Of a stretch of DNA of 64,000 nucleotides, positions 29,644 through 42,800 are shown piece by piece (position 1 is the first letter of the stretch; each line of letters starts with the position of its first letter). Both the position numbers and the translations under genes were made by a program. The stretch lies in the NCBI GenBank assembly GCA_903813345.2, contig CAIIXF020000001.1, positions 43,214,001-43,278,000 of the forward strand. Reading direction: 5' to 3'. The notes below the pieces were generated by a model, which did no database searches, had not been told where the DNA came from, and saw only the letters and a list, made by a program, of their open reading frames with translations. Origin of the DNA: Owenia fusiformis. Lineage: Eukaryota.

Positions 29644-30815
29644 TAAGCTGGACTCTTGTTTGTAATATTAAATTAAGTTAACTTAAATTGATTGGTGAAC
29701 AATGAACATATTAGGGGAGTGGGATCATTAAAAAATATCTTTGCAAGACAGATTGAATTGTTGCATTTAAATTAACTCAATCTCATCCAATAAGTTTATG
29801 AAACATCAAACAGTGTATTGTTCATAAATATAAATGTAGGTTTATTGTAAAATAATTTTAACCTCAATATTAACTACAAATTATTCTTCTGAAATATAAG
29901 GATTGGCATGTTCAAAATATTGGCAATATTGTTTACATAATTTGAAGGGTGATTTTTAACATGATGTAACAACAATCAATTTACAACAGATAAACTTCAG
30001 ATTAAATTATGCACAAATCAATTACTGAACAGATTTTTTTTGGCAATACAACAGAAATCTCCACATTCCATCCACAATTCACACTTGAACTTTCAGCATG
30101 TAGTATTACATCACATAATCCATAGCAACAATCAGCAACATCTTAAATTATTCAGGAATGTATATGATATACCTGTATTCTATATATTTAATAACTTAAA
30201 CCAACAGCTTTTATGTAGTTTCATCAAAAAGTAAGTTTGTATAGAATTGTCTAATTGTTAATACTAAGTACTGTACAGGGACACTTAAAAATATCTTAAA
30301 ACTTTCTTAAGTGCCTTTATCAGACAAGCTAGATCGATCATGACTAAATAAATATCTTCCAATAGCTTTCAGATAGCTCAATACAAGTGGTCCCACAATC
30401 TGTTGGACACACGTCCATTTTAGCTATAAAAATACACATGGAGCAATCGCATTTGAGTGTTCATAATCAAATATGTCACAATTTTGTTTGGCATTTCTCA
30501 TCTTAGGAAAGCTACTACATGATGTCTTTCATCCAAATATATCCTACGGTACTTTAAGAAAATACATAAATCACAATGTTGGTCTTCTATTCCAATTTTG
30601 CTGGAGTTCTAATGAGATTGCGTAAACTCCAGTTGGGCCCAAAGCTATCCTATTTACACTGTAGAACTCCATAGTCAACTAAGTTACACCACAGTCACAG
30701 TATTACGCCATAGTGTTCTCCCTGATGTCAAATTGTTCTGACACTATGCCGCACACACACATTCACTGTATCGTCCACTTTTCACTATTCACTAAACAGT
30801 TACCATTGTTATCCA

Positions 30816-33800
30816 TTATGCTGTAGAAGCATCTGCAGCCTCTTTGGCCTTCAAAACATCCTCAACAGTCTTCACTTTGATCTGAAATGATGTACACATA
30901 TAATAATATGATGATCAGAACATTTCTATAACTAAACAACGCATTAACATGCAAAATATCACCACCTGTCATTTGTGACAGAGGCTGAATGCCAGTCGCC
31001 AAACACTGACCACAAAAAAGTTAAAGACTATAACAATATATCATAATTTGTGGTGGTGACATAAGGACAGGTGGTGACATAAAAACTGATACTGCCTTAT
31101 GACAAGAGGGGGTTCAGCTATGAAGCATCTGTGACTTAAATCATTATTATTATTAGGCATCTGATATCAATGTCAATAGAACATTTTAAAAACATTTACA
31201 TAGAAGTAGAGTGGACTAAATATTTAAGGCATTCATTCTTATTGTGCCTATGGCCACACAAAATAAACTGTAGTTCATGTAATTTTTTCTTGTTTTTGTC
31301 AATATTATTCTTGTGTTGCTGTTGTGTTGTGTTGTTGCAAAATAAACTTTTTAGGCCTCTATGATAGGGCATCGATATACCAGCCGTTATAATATGTTGT
31401 GTACAAGTTACCTGAGCATCGCCACTTTCATTTGGAGTTCCATTGGTTTTTCCATTAGCATCACCATTGGCTTTTCCATTAGCATCACCATTGGCTTTTC
31501 CATTAGTATCACCATTAGCATCACCATTGGTATCACCATTGGCATCTTCCATAGGATGATCTCCATTAGTAGAGTCAATCTTAGATTCATCATCAGACTT
31601 GGCCTTTTTAGCTTCAGGCTCAGCCTCTTCCTCAGGTTTCCTCTGTTGAATCAAATCATTGCAATGTAAATACATTTTTTCTCAGATTAGACTTGTCATC
31701 CTATTACACAACTAAAGAACTTAATAAAAATAAACGAGACACACAGTAATAAATATCACATTTTTTATCAAATAATTCAAAATGTAGTCATAGGTCATGT
31801 AGGTTGAGCTTCTAATAATCTAATGCACAAATAAGTTGCCCATGGAGTCCACATTATCAGTCGATAGAGGACACAACTTCTGGAATAAATTTCCTAAGCA
31901 TGCCCAAAACCTAATCATAAGACCTTGGCATTAGTCTGTTCTTGATTCTAAAATTTTCAAGTTGAACAGATAAGCAGTTTTCCTGAATTTTGATTTTGAA
32001 ATTGAGGAAATGTCATTTCAAATATCCAATCAACCACGAAGCCCCGTTTACACTGACACAGACTTTTCAACAGACTTTATAAGTCTTCTAGCAGTCTAGA
32101 GACCGGCGATGACCAAAGTCCCCTCTAACCGTGTATGAAGGCCTCAGTTACCATGGAAGTATCACGTAATCAGATTTTAACAAAAAAAAGACCGATGAAG
32201 ACCGATTAAAGAATGAAACTGCTCATTCCAATATATGACTGGCGGTCTTTTTGTAACGGTCTCCATTGGACTTCACCAGACTCAACAGGATTCCATCAGA
32301 TTTTTTAAAAAGACCGATTAAGACTGGCAAAAGTCCTGTGAAGTCCGACCTAATAATCCTATCAAGACAGGGCTTAACAGGTACTTTTGATCACAAAAAT
32401 ACTTATTTCATTATATCATAATCAATTTCAGAATTATAATCATGATAATTCCATAAAAATTCTCATCAAGCTGATTTACCTTAGCTTAGTTGTTTTAACA
32501 TGCAATCAAATACATAAATAGTGACCATAAAATAGGATGACAACTATGTGAGGTAACTGGAAAAATGCCATCATGATGACAGTAAGGACATTGTAACTTC
32601 TCTAATAAGATGATACATTAAGGAAATGGTCGCAATGAAATCAGAGCATTTTGTGTTGCTAGAAAAAAGATGTTTTTTTCATTTCAGAATGTCAACCCAC
32701 CTTCTTCCTGATGCCAATAGTGACTGCAGGTTCAGCTGTCTTGGACTCTGAGAATCCACTGGAAGAAGCAGAGTCAGCTCCAGCCTTCACCATCTCTTTG
32801 AGCTTCTCCTGATTCTTCAGTTCTTCCTCAGTGTCTTCAATCTTAGCCTGCATCTCAGGGATCAACTCACTCAGATCTTCAACTTCTTGTTTGGCATTTT
32901 TAACCACCTCATCTGTAAAAACATAATTTATTTTAAAAGAAAAATATAAGTACCTCAGACAGTCCAAGATGATCATCGACACACTTTGATCAAAATAGGT
33001 TTAATTAGGATTGTGCACCTTGTTAAGAAATAAGAAAACTATTAGGTGATTATTATGTAGGATTTCATATTCATGATCACAATATTTACAAAAATTAAAC
33101 TAACATGCATAAACTCCAGTTGCATATATTTAAGTATGAACATTTATTTAAATATCACCCACAACCATACCTTCTTTATTTTCTGTATCTGCTATTATTT
33201 TGTTGAGTTGAGTGACTTTATCTTGTATGACTGAGGAGGCGTTCTTGTATGACTGTAGGGACTGTTCATATTGTTTGTTAAAGGAGTAGGCTAGGCCTAG
33301 TTGGTAGTGGGTCTCAGCTAGGAGTCTGTCACAGGGCTCTAAGTGCACCTTCTGGATTGTTAAGCATTCTTCAAAATCTCCAATACTTTGTTCATATTGT
33401 TCTGAAAAAGTATCATAATAAATAACATACCATGAGATGGCTAGGCCCCAAAGTACAGTTTGTAGGAATGATCCAATACAATCAATAGCAGGGGCGGATC
33501 TGGGAACCAACAAAGGGGGGCCCAAATTGCAGGTCAGAACCCCCCCCCCCTCAGATGCGCCGGTGAATAGATTGTGTTGGCAATTTCTCAGTAACTAGAA
33601 TGTTTCTACCTGACTAGGGATTGGACAGATCAGACTCATAGAAAGGTTTTATCAGGAGGGGCCTGTAATTTTTCAGATGGGCTTAGCTCTCTTGGTATGA
33701 GGTATTATAATCAACCACTTGTCTGCAGGCCTGTAGCCAGGATTTCTCAAGTCTGGTTCTCTTTTTGTTAAATTTACATGCAGATTTGCACCTCGCGCAA

Positions 33801-36800
33801 TAATCAGTAATTGACTTTATTATCATTGTATATATATTTCCTTAAGATAATGAATGGATCTTAAAGATATGCCTATCTTCGCGGTCAGAATAGCCTTATA
33901 ATCCAAGATATAACCACCTAAATTGTTTGCAATAACTGAAGTCGAAATGATTTTGCTCCTACTAGACATCCCGTCCTTGTTAAAGTTTCAAACGGGACTA
34001 ATATGCTACATAGCCCCACATGAGCACAGTGATTGGTTAAATCCATTCTGATACTCATCACATTCTGCCTTCAACGAGAAATACGAAGGCCATGCTTTCT
34101 CATTGATGGGTTAAATCTTACCTAATTTATTTTATGAACTTTTGAGAATTTTTGACTCGAGAGTCTTGAGAGTATCTCAGGATTAAATGCTGTATTGTTT
34201 ACCTGTTTCCAGTCCAACCTCTCCTAGCTTTAGATGAGCCTGGGCAGCCTTTAGTTGCATGTCCTTGGTGGCCTGTCTGGAAATGTGCAGGAAAGAAGCA
34301 TGTTCAATAGTGACCTCCTTGGAAAAAATTAATCTGGACAGTTCAAACATCTATGGATAATATGTAATTATGCCATTAGGTTGTTCAATAAGTTCGCGGA
34401 AAAATGCTGTCATTTCAAAGGTTTTTTATATTTTTTCGTGAAATTTTCACATAACATCTAGAAATGTATATTTATCGATTTTCAAAATATCAGCATCTCT
34501 AGTTTGATTTGTCAGAAATGACGGTTACTATGGTGACTAGACTTTTAGGTAGGCGGGGCACTTTACGTCACACAATTTACCATTATTGATTTTGCTGTTT
34601 TCAACAGGATGAAGGATGGGTTAAAACATGTACAGTATGAAACAATGCAAGAACCTCAACGGCAGTCCAAATGGCCCTTCGAACAAGTTCCCCTGAAGGC
34701 TTCAGAACACAATATAATCAATGAGTTGAATGCCAGTGACTTCACTAAACACAAGGAAGGGCACTTCGAACACCTCCTGAGACAATACATGTAGTCTAAT
34801 AAGGCTATGAGAAGTAACAGCATGTATAGAATTAATGAAAAGGGTTGCAGAAGTTATAATTAGTAATAATATCTGACAAAGCTCAGTTCCTACTTTTTAA
34901 ATATGACTTTGGCGAGTTCCAACATTTCCCAAGCTAGCTGTAGGTTAGTAACGTCTTCTTCATCTTCCTTCTTCTCCTCGGCCTCATCTTCTTCTGCATC
35001 ACCTGCATCTTCATCTTCCTCAGCATCATCTTTCTCTTCAGTCTCACCTGTAACATAGGGCAGATAAATGGTAGAGTTCTCATAGAATGCTCATTAGATG
35101 TGATTAATTATGATTGCAGAATACCATGCATAACTATATATGTGTAATCAACCAATCATTATTTTGTTGTGGAATATTATATATATCAACCCTTGAGAAT
35201 GTAGAACTCTGTCTCTTGGTGTGATATGGTATTCTAAGGTTGATAATTTGCTTTATTCTATCTTGTAATACAATATTCTTATTATATTCCGAATACAGTG
35301 AAATTAATATTAAGATAGAGCATATAGAAATAGCAAAATTAAGTCCTTATTCTAGGCTAAAGGATGTTATTTAACACAATAACAACTTATCATACGTCAT
35401 ATCTTTAGCAGAAGAGCATTACTAATAAATTAATACATGTACACCCTTTCAATAAATATCCATTGATTTCACTCCTATTTTTTATTGTACAGACATCAAG
35501 AATATGCCCCTTACAGCAAAAATGCACTGGTGCCTTATGTTAACAATATATCTACGGATGGTCCAAAATGCCATATTATTTGAAAATATATGTATTTTGA
35601 AGGGCATGCAGGAATCACATTGCAATTGTTCCTGAAATGGGATAAATAAATCTTCAGTGGTTTCTCAATAATAAGGTAAACGACACTAGGGATCTATTTG
35701 AAAATATACAGACTTCAGGATGATGATATACGAAGCAACAATTTTACACAGATATTAGTCATGACACAAATTATAGTGACTGTATAAGATGTCAATCTGG
35801 TACAATCATTTGAGGCATGACCAATATCTGTATGAAGTTGTTGTATATATTATCCTTACAGTTGTAAATTTTGGAGTAGACCCCTAGTGTCCATTAGTCT
35901 TCTTCGGAAACTGCTTAAGGTTCATTTTCACATTTCAGAAACAATTGCAATTGTGATCCATGTATTTCCAGCAAAAATATTAAAATAAAAAAATTGTATC
36001 TCCCAAAAATATGGATGTTTTTTGGCCCACTTTTTGGCCCAGACATTTTAATGGAGATAGAGTTCATATACTTTACTGAAAGAACTAGCAAGACTTCTGT
36101 CTCATATGACATAAACTACATGTTTGTGATATTCCAGAAAATGTATCCTCTACTGAATGCTACACTGTCAACTTATTTTTGCATTATATTAAAAAAAAAT
36201 ATATAGTATGTAAATAACATACATGCGTATACATGAGCATTTTGTTACATATGCAGGGTTCTCACCAGGAAATTTTTAAACACCGGATGTTTCGCGGTAT
36301 TGTGACTAAATCCTCCCCCATGTGTGATCAGAGATATCTTATTAGTTTACTTTTCAAAATACTACTTAAAAGATTATTTTCCTATTTTAATCACAATATA
36401 CATTTCTAAAAGGTTTCTGACTTCCTATTCCTTCTTTTTATCCAGTTTTATGTATTTTCTCAAGAGTTTTGCCACAAATAATGTGACAGAAATGTAAAAT
36501 TAGACTCTGGAAAAAACACTTTAGACTCCGGAAAGGCTATTAGACTCTGGAGCAAGAGGGTCTAAAGACAAGACTCCGGAGTCTAAAAAACCTAGTGAGA
36601 ACCCTGAATGGTATTTAAATATTAACATAAGGGGTTGTCCTCCCCTTATATTATTAACAAAATCAGTTTAAACACATGCAATATGTAAACTAGAAAACAG
36701 CAACTCCACAAATAGTAGAAAATCCCACCTAACAAAACACACTTTGATATAAATTTCTTCTTACTGGGTATCAGTAGATAATTTTTGAAACAAATCCATC

Positions 36801-39800
36801 CACTGGTATTTGAGTTATCTAAAATTATATTTTTTACGAAAAATGAGGGCCATTTTAAAACTCCGCAATATTCTTTAAAATTTCTTCTTGAGCAGAGGTC
36901 CTTTGTCCCCAGGCATCAGTATATAAAATTTGAACCAGATCCGTCCACTGGTATTCAAAAAATGGTGGCCATTTTGAATTTCAGTGGCTATCTTGAAAAT
37001 CTCCTCCGAAGCTCCTTTAACTCTAGGCATCAGTATATAACATTCGAACCAAATCCGTTAATAACTAGTATTTGAGTTTACAAAGATGACATTTTTTACC
37101 AAAAATAGTGGCCATTTTGAATTGAGCAGCCATATTGAAAATTCCTTCCCAAGAAGGCCCTACAACCATAAGTCATAAGGTTTAAAATATGAACTTATCT
37201 GTCAACCGATACTTGAGTTATCGCTCGGAAACATTACGGATGGATGAGTGACTTCTCTATATCCCTACAAACTCTGTTCGATGGGATAATATATATAAGG
37301 GTTTATACAGTATAAATACAAAAAAATACATACATTAGTACGGGTCCCACAATGTACAATTTTTAAATTCTGTAAGGCAATCTAGCTAATGTAGTGACCA
37401 AGGCAAGACCCCGAATATTTTTTTTCTGAATACCATTTTCTCATTAATAACGATACAAGTAACAAGAACATATAACACTAATATGAAACTTTATATAATA
37501 CGCACAAGCACATTCCAATATTAGAGCCTGACAATTAGCATGCTTTTAAATATACACTGTATTAGCACAACATGCAATCTAATATCAGATTTACAGCAGT
37601 CAGCACAAGAATACAAATCTAGGCTGACATCCCTGCATAGTGGGCACATGACTTTACAGCAAGCCATATTGCAAGCTTTATAGCAAGCCATATTGGAAGC
37701 TAATACAGCATGGAAGCTTTACAGCAAGCAATATTGCAAGCTTTACAGCAAGCCATATTGGAAGCTTTACAGCAAGCCATATTGGAAGCTAATACAGCAT
37801 GGAAGCTTTACAGCAAGCCATATTGCAAGCCTTGTCAAGACAAAATGATGGTCTATCTAAATCTTTAGGTGACCAGACAGATAATTTCTTGGGATATCAT
37901 TACAAAAATCTTAAGTTTATGTTAGGTTAAATGATAATGTAACAGCATGCTGGAAGCACATGGGTGTTAGCAATATTAGCACACCTATAATAATGTATAT
38001 TAGCATGCCTATAATGTATCATCTACCTTCACCCTCAGTCTCCATCTTTTCTTCATCATCACCTTCCTTTGTTTCGTCTGTCTTGTCATCAACTTCAGCT
38101 TTACTTTCCTCATCTTTCATTTCGACAGATGTTTCTTCCTTCTTTTCTACAGTTTCTTCTTTCTTTTCTACAGTTTCTTCCTTCTTTTCTACAGTTTCTT
38201 CCTTCTTTTCAACAATTTCTTCCTTCTTTTCTACAGTTTCTTCTTTCTTTTCTGTAGTTTCTTCTTTCTTTTCTGTTGTTTTTTCCTTTTCCTCAGTTTC
38301 TTCTTTCTTTTCTGTAGTTTCTTCTTTCTTTTCTGTAGTTTCTTCTTTCTTTTCTGTTGTTTTTTCCTTATCCTCAGTTTCTTCTTTCTTTTCCACAGTT
38401 TCTTTTTTCTGTTCAGTAGTTTCTTCTTTCTTTTCAGCACTCTCATCTTTCATTTCTTCATCCTTGCTTTCTTCAGCTGGCTTTACTTCAGCATCCTTAT
38501 TCTCACCTGATTTTTTCTCTGTCTGCCTTTCTTCCGTCATTGCATCGATTACATCATCAGAAATCTTTTCTCTTTCCTCACCTAATAGGTAAGACAAAGG
38601 TCAAAGTTCAATCATATCTCAGATGTCAAATTGAGGTTATCCCTAGATGAAACACTCAATCTGATTTAAAGAGTGAAATTCATGCAATGTTCTCCTCAGG
38701 ATTTTTTCTAAAATGGATGCAAAATTCTCAATTTCATAATTCTCACCAAAGTTGGTCTATTTTCTCGTATACTAGCAGAGAGTGGGTGCACATGAGTTCT
38801 CAAGTGGGTAGATAGCTACATTAAAAATCTCAAGTGTTTGCAGCACCCTCTTGTTTCAATGCTGGGGAGATCACTGATATGGTAAGGTGCAGAGTTAATT
38901 TCATATATTTTTTATATTTCTTAACCACCACCGCAACATGCAGTTTTCCTCTAAGAAAAATGCAACCATGCACGGTTGTGGATGACAACTTAGAGAATAT
39001 AATGAATCAATTCAGGCTAAAGCTATTATCAATATTAATTTGAATTCCTCTCAAATACACTTATTAGTATTAATTCATTAGACAGCATATAGCTTTGCTC
39101 AAATCTGCTAGGTAAGTAAGGAGGTATTACAGCATAACATGGACTGCATTTGCTTCAATTTCAGAGGTACTAGTTGCCCGAAATGACCACTTTCAAACCT
39201 CATCAAGTCATTCCACAAAAACAGTCCTTGCAGAAATACAATACCTCAATCCTGCATTTTCTCACTCATTGTTAATAACCACAATCCACAAATGCAACCA
39301 CCTTTTATATTAATAATACGGCAAATTAGAAATATGATCCACCTACCTACACATGTATCGGGGTTCTCTACTTGTTTGTCTTCTGAGCTTGTAGAAGCTT
39401 CAGTCTCTTTCTCCTCTTTTGCAGTAACTGGTTCGACTAAAATAAAGTAGTTCTCCATATATTTCATTTCTGTGAAATTCCTTTAGAATCATGATTGTAA
39501 ATGCGTTAATACATCGAAAAAAAATATTGGTAATCAATTTCAAGTCAAAAAGCTTGAGGAATGTAAATTGTAGTTGTTAGACTAAACATGACTACCTACC
39601 TCCATCTAAAGCATTCCCGAGTACTCCATTCTCCATCCTGGCTAATTCAAGAAGAGCTTTTCCATAATAAAAGTATGGCTCCCCACATTCATCAGCCGTC
39701 TCGCCATACTTCTCACTCCTGCATTAACAATAACAAATAGCAATTATGTTAAGTCTTGATGTATTGGAATTACTGTCTATAATTTTGATACATGGCTCAC

Positions 39801-42800
39801 TTTTTCACATCAGCCCTAAGAACAGGATTTCATTCGGTGTTTTCATTAACCAGTGAATACTTATCTAGTTTGGACATAGTTATTGGATGAGAATCAGAGA
39901 CATTTGACATGAAGGCATAACTATCCATGGCTGGCATTTTTAAAAATCAAATATATAGCAAAAATCATAAGATAACACACAAAAAATGGCTACCATTAAA
40001 GCCAAATTGTCATCAGAAAGAATAATGTTATATCAGAAAGTGTATACCGGTATGTAATATTTCAAAAGCACACACACATACATGTCAATGGTGGCCATTT
40101 TTCAAAACTATTTTTCAAGTTACAGCAAAAATCGTAAAATAGTGTGTAAAGGCCGCCATTTTTCAAGATGGCTGCCATGTGCTTCTTCGAAATCTACATT
40201 TCTAGCTCTATTAATGTCCTATAATATTTTTTTATATTTAAAACATATTGATATTACAGTTTTACATTTTGTTCCTAAATTACTGTAAAATCGGCACTAA
40301 AATGGCCGCAATTTTTAAATGATCGGCCATTTTGAAAATCTGCTTTTGAGCAGAACTTCTACCCACATAGGATATATGTGTGCAAAATATGAACAAAATC
40401 AGGCCAACAGTATTTGAGTTATTGCCCAGATGGACAAACTGGATGTGCGTACGTACATACGGTTAGAGGGGCAGAGGCGTTCCCTTGAGTATATCTCTCC
40501 GAACTTGAGTTATGTTGGTATTGAGTTATGTTTCTGTTTTGGTGTCAAATGGCACAAGATATTACATAGAGTAATCTCATACTTATAATACAATATTACA
40601 ATGTAGTTGTCATTGTCACTATTGAATATAATAGCAACCAACTGATAATAAAGAAATAACTAATTGCTTACAGACAATACAATTAACAACAAAATGTGTT
40701 CTCTAGAGAACTAGAGCTATTACCAATCTATTCTCCAACATGTATTATGGTCTTTAGTACAGTGTGAGTCTAAGGATTTTCTGTCACTCGACAAGTGGCA
40801 ATCGGCTTGTGTTTTTTCACACTCGCCAATGAAAAATTAAACATTTAGAGGTTTCATTTACTTGCTATACATATTTGGAATGATTGCTATTTAGGCACAT
40901 CCCATTCAGCACGTTTTAGTTGTCATTCGACAAGATTGACTTAACATTTGATCCAGATTGTCAGTTATCAAATTGACTACAAGTACTTTGAATAACTAAA
41001 TCTCTTTGTCAATTTTCACCCTATCTACTTAATTACTGAAAGAGATACTTAGGAGGGGTTAGCCCCAGTATGAAGTATCCCTGATGTGATACAGATACTT
41101 TAATCTTGATTCAGAATGTTTGTAATGTAACTAATTTTACAAAACCTATCACATATTTATATAGTCAAGCATGGAAAATTCAATAGTCTTACATCAACTT
41201 GGCTGCTTCTTGAAGACATGATACAGCTGCTGGGAAGTCGCCACAAACCAAATTACGCTTTCCAGCAGCTAGTTGATTCTGGGCATCTGCAACAACATCG
41301 ACCTCTGGAGTGGGAGAACTGCAAAACAGAAAGACAAACATGTGAAATGAAAACTGAATAATAGGTAGAAAAGTGAAAAAAAACTTATTTATTTATTTAT
41401 ATATTTATACAAAGAATACATTAAACAAGTGCACATGTGCTTGTAGCTGGGCATAAGCATTATCAGCCACGTTATATGATGAAAATTAATTAATAGTATT
41501 CAATCAGTGAAAGATTTTCATTAACAGGATGCGGAGAATAACACTTTGGTTTGCAAGTTACATGGTTCATTGTGTCTAAATGCCACAAAATAGATGGCCT
41601 ATTGCAATATACTGATACTTAGACTGACATACAAGTTTCAAGTATACGTTTTTACCTGGGTGTGTTTTTAAAATGATTATAAAGAGACTCAAGTAAAATT
41701 AGAATATTAGGAAAGAATGTTTGGCTGTCGTTTGCAGACGAGTTTAGGACAGGGCAGAGGAGGATGGCCTGCTCTAGAGTCCATTTCACTGCTTCAGTTC
41801 GTCAGTAGAACGGCAAAAATAAGAAATTGGGAGACCATTGTGCAATAATATATGGAAAAGTATATTCATAATGTACATGAATGACATTTGTATATCTTGG
41901 ATTGCTTCTAGTTTGGCTTATAAAGTGTGTGGCCTCTTATATTTGGATGTTTCTCTGCCATGCTATTTTCAATAAGATTAACATGGCTGAAATTCTTCAA
42001 ATTACAAGACGGCACAGGCTTATTGCACAAAAAACTTAAAAATCTGAAATATACAAATGTCATTCATGTACATTATGAATATACTTTTCCATATATTATT
42101 GCACAATGGTCTCCCAATTTCTTATTTTTGCCGTTCTACTGACGAACTGAAGCAGTGAAATGGACTCTGAGATGGAAGAAACGGCATGATCTACAGTTGA
42201 ACTATTGGTCTGAATGAAATGCTGCACAGACAGTATGAATGGGTCATCTGCTGTATTAGTCTATCCATACAGTAGGACCTGTTCGTGATGCTTTATAATT
42301 TAGACCAAAGTCTTTTTCTTTTGCCTGTATGATTACAACATGGGAGAATTTTCTACGCTTCTTACATTCGAGATACCTATTTATTTCAATAGATTCCTTG
42401 GTATTTTAGCATTCTTTTCATGTAGTTGAATCCACAATTGTCTGGGTTTATCGGCAGAACAAAGAAATTTTCGTTTTTGATGGCAATATTTGCGTGTAAT
42501 ATTTAACTCGTACAGGCAAATGATTGCGCTCGATGCAGGACTATAGTCCTGGCACGGAATAATATTTTACCTCTTGGATATTGTGCTAAATGCTCTATGG
42601 TAGACGCAACAAAGGTGATCGGGTTTCATTGAAATGTGTGTTCTAACCTCTTGAGGGTAAGTAAGACTCCTAATCTTCAGGTAACTCGTATAAACCAAGA
42701 TATACAAATGTCATTAATGTACAATAGGAATCTATTTTTCCATATATAGGCCCATATATTAAATTATTCGAAGTGTCTGGAGTACCTTAAAATTTAAGGC

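Noticed and set aside
31361..31669. Ile/Ser-rich + strand ORF and alternative-frame [11 protein letters not shown]
   Set aside because: Shadows of the NASP NGDA repeat exon.
37960..38592. 210-aa Ser/Phe-rich ORF on + (and the K/R-rich ORF 38231-38446 on -)
   Set aside because: Antisense and alternative-frame shadows of the NASP EKKEET repeat exon.
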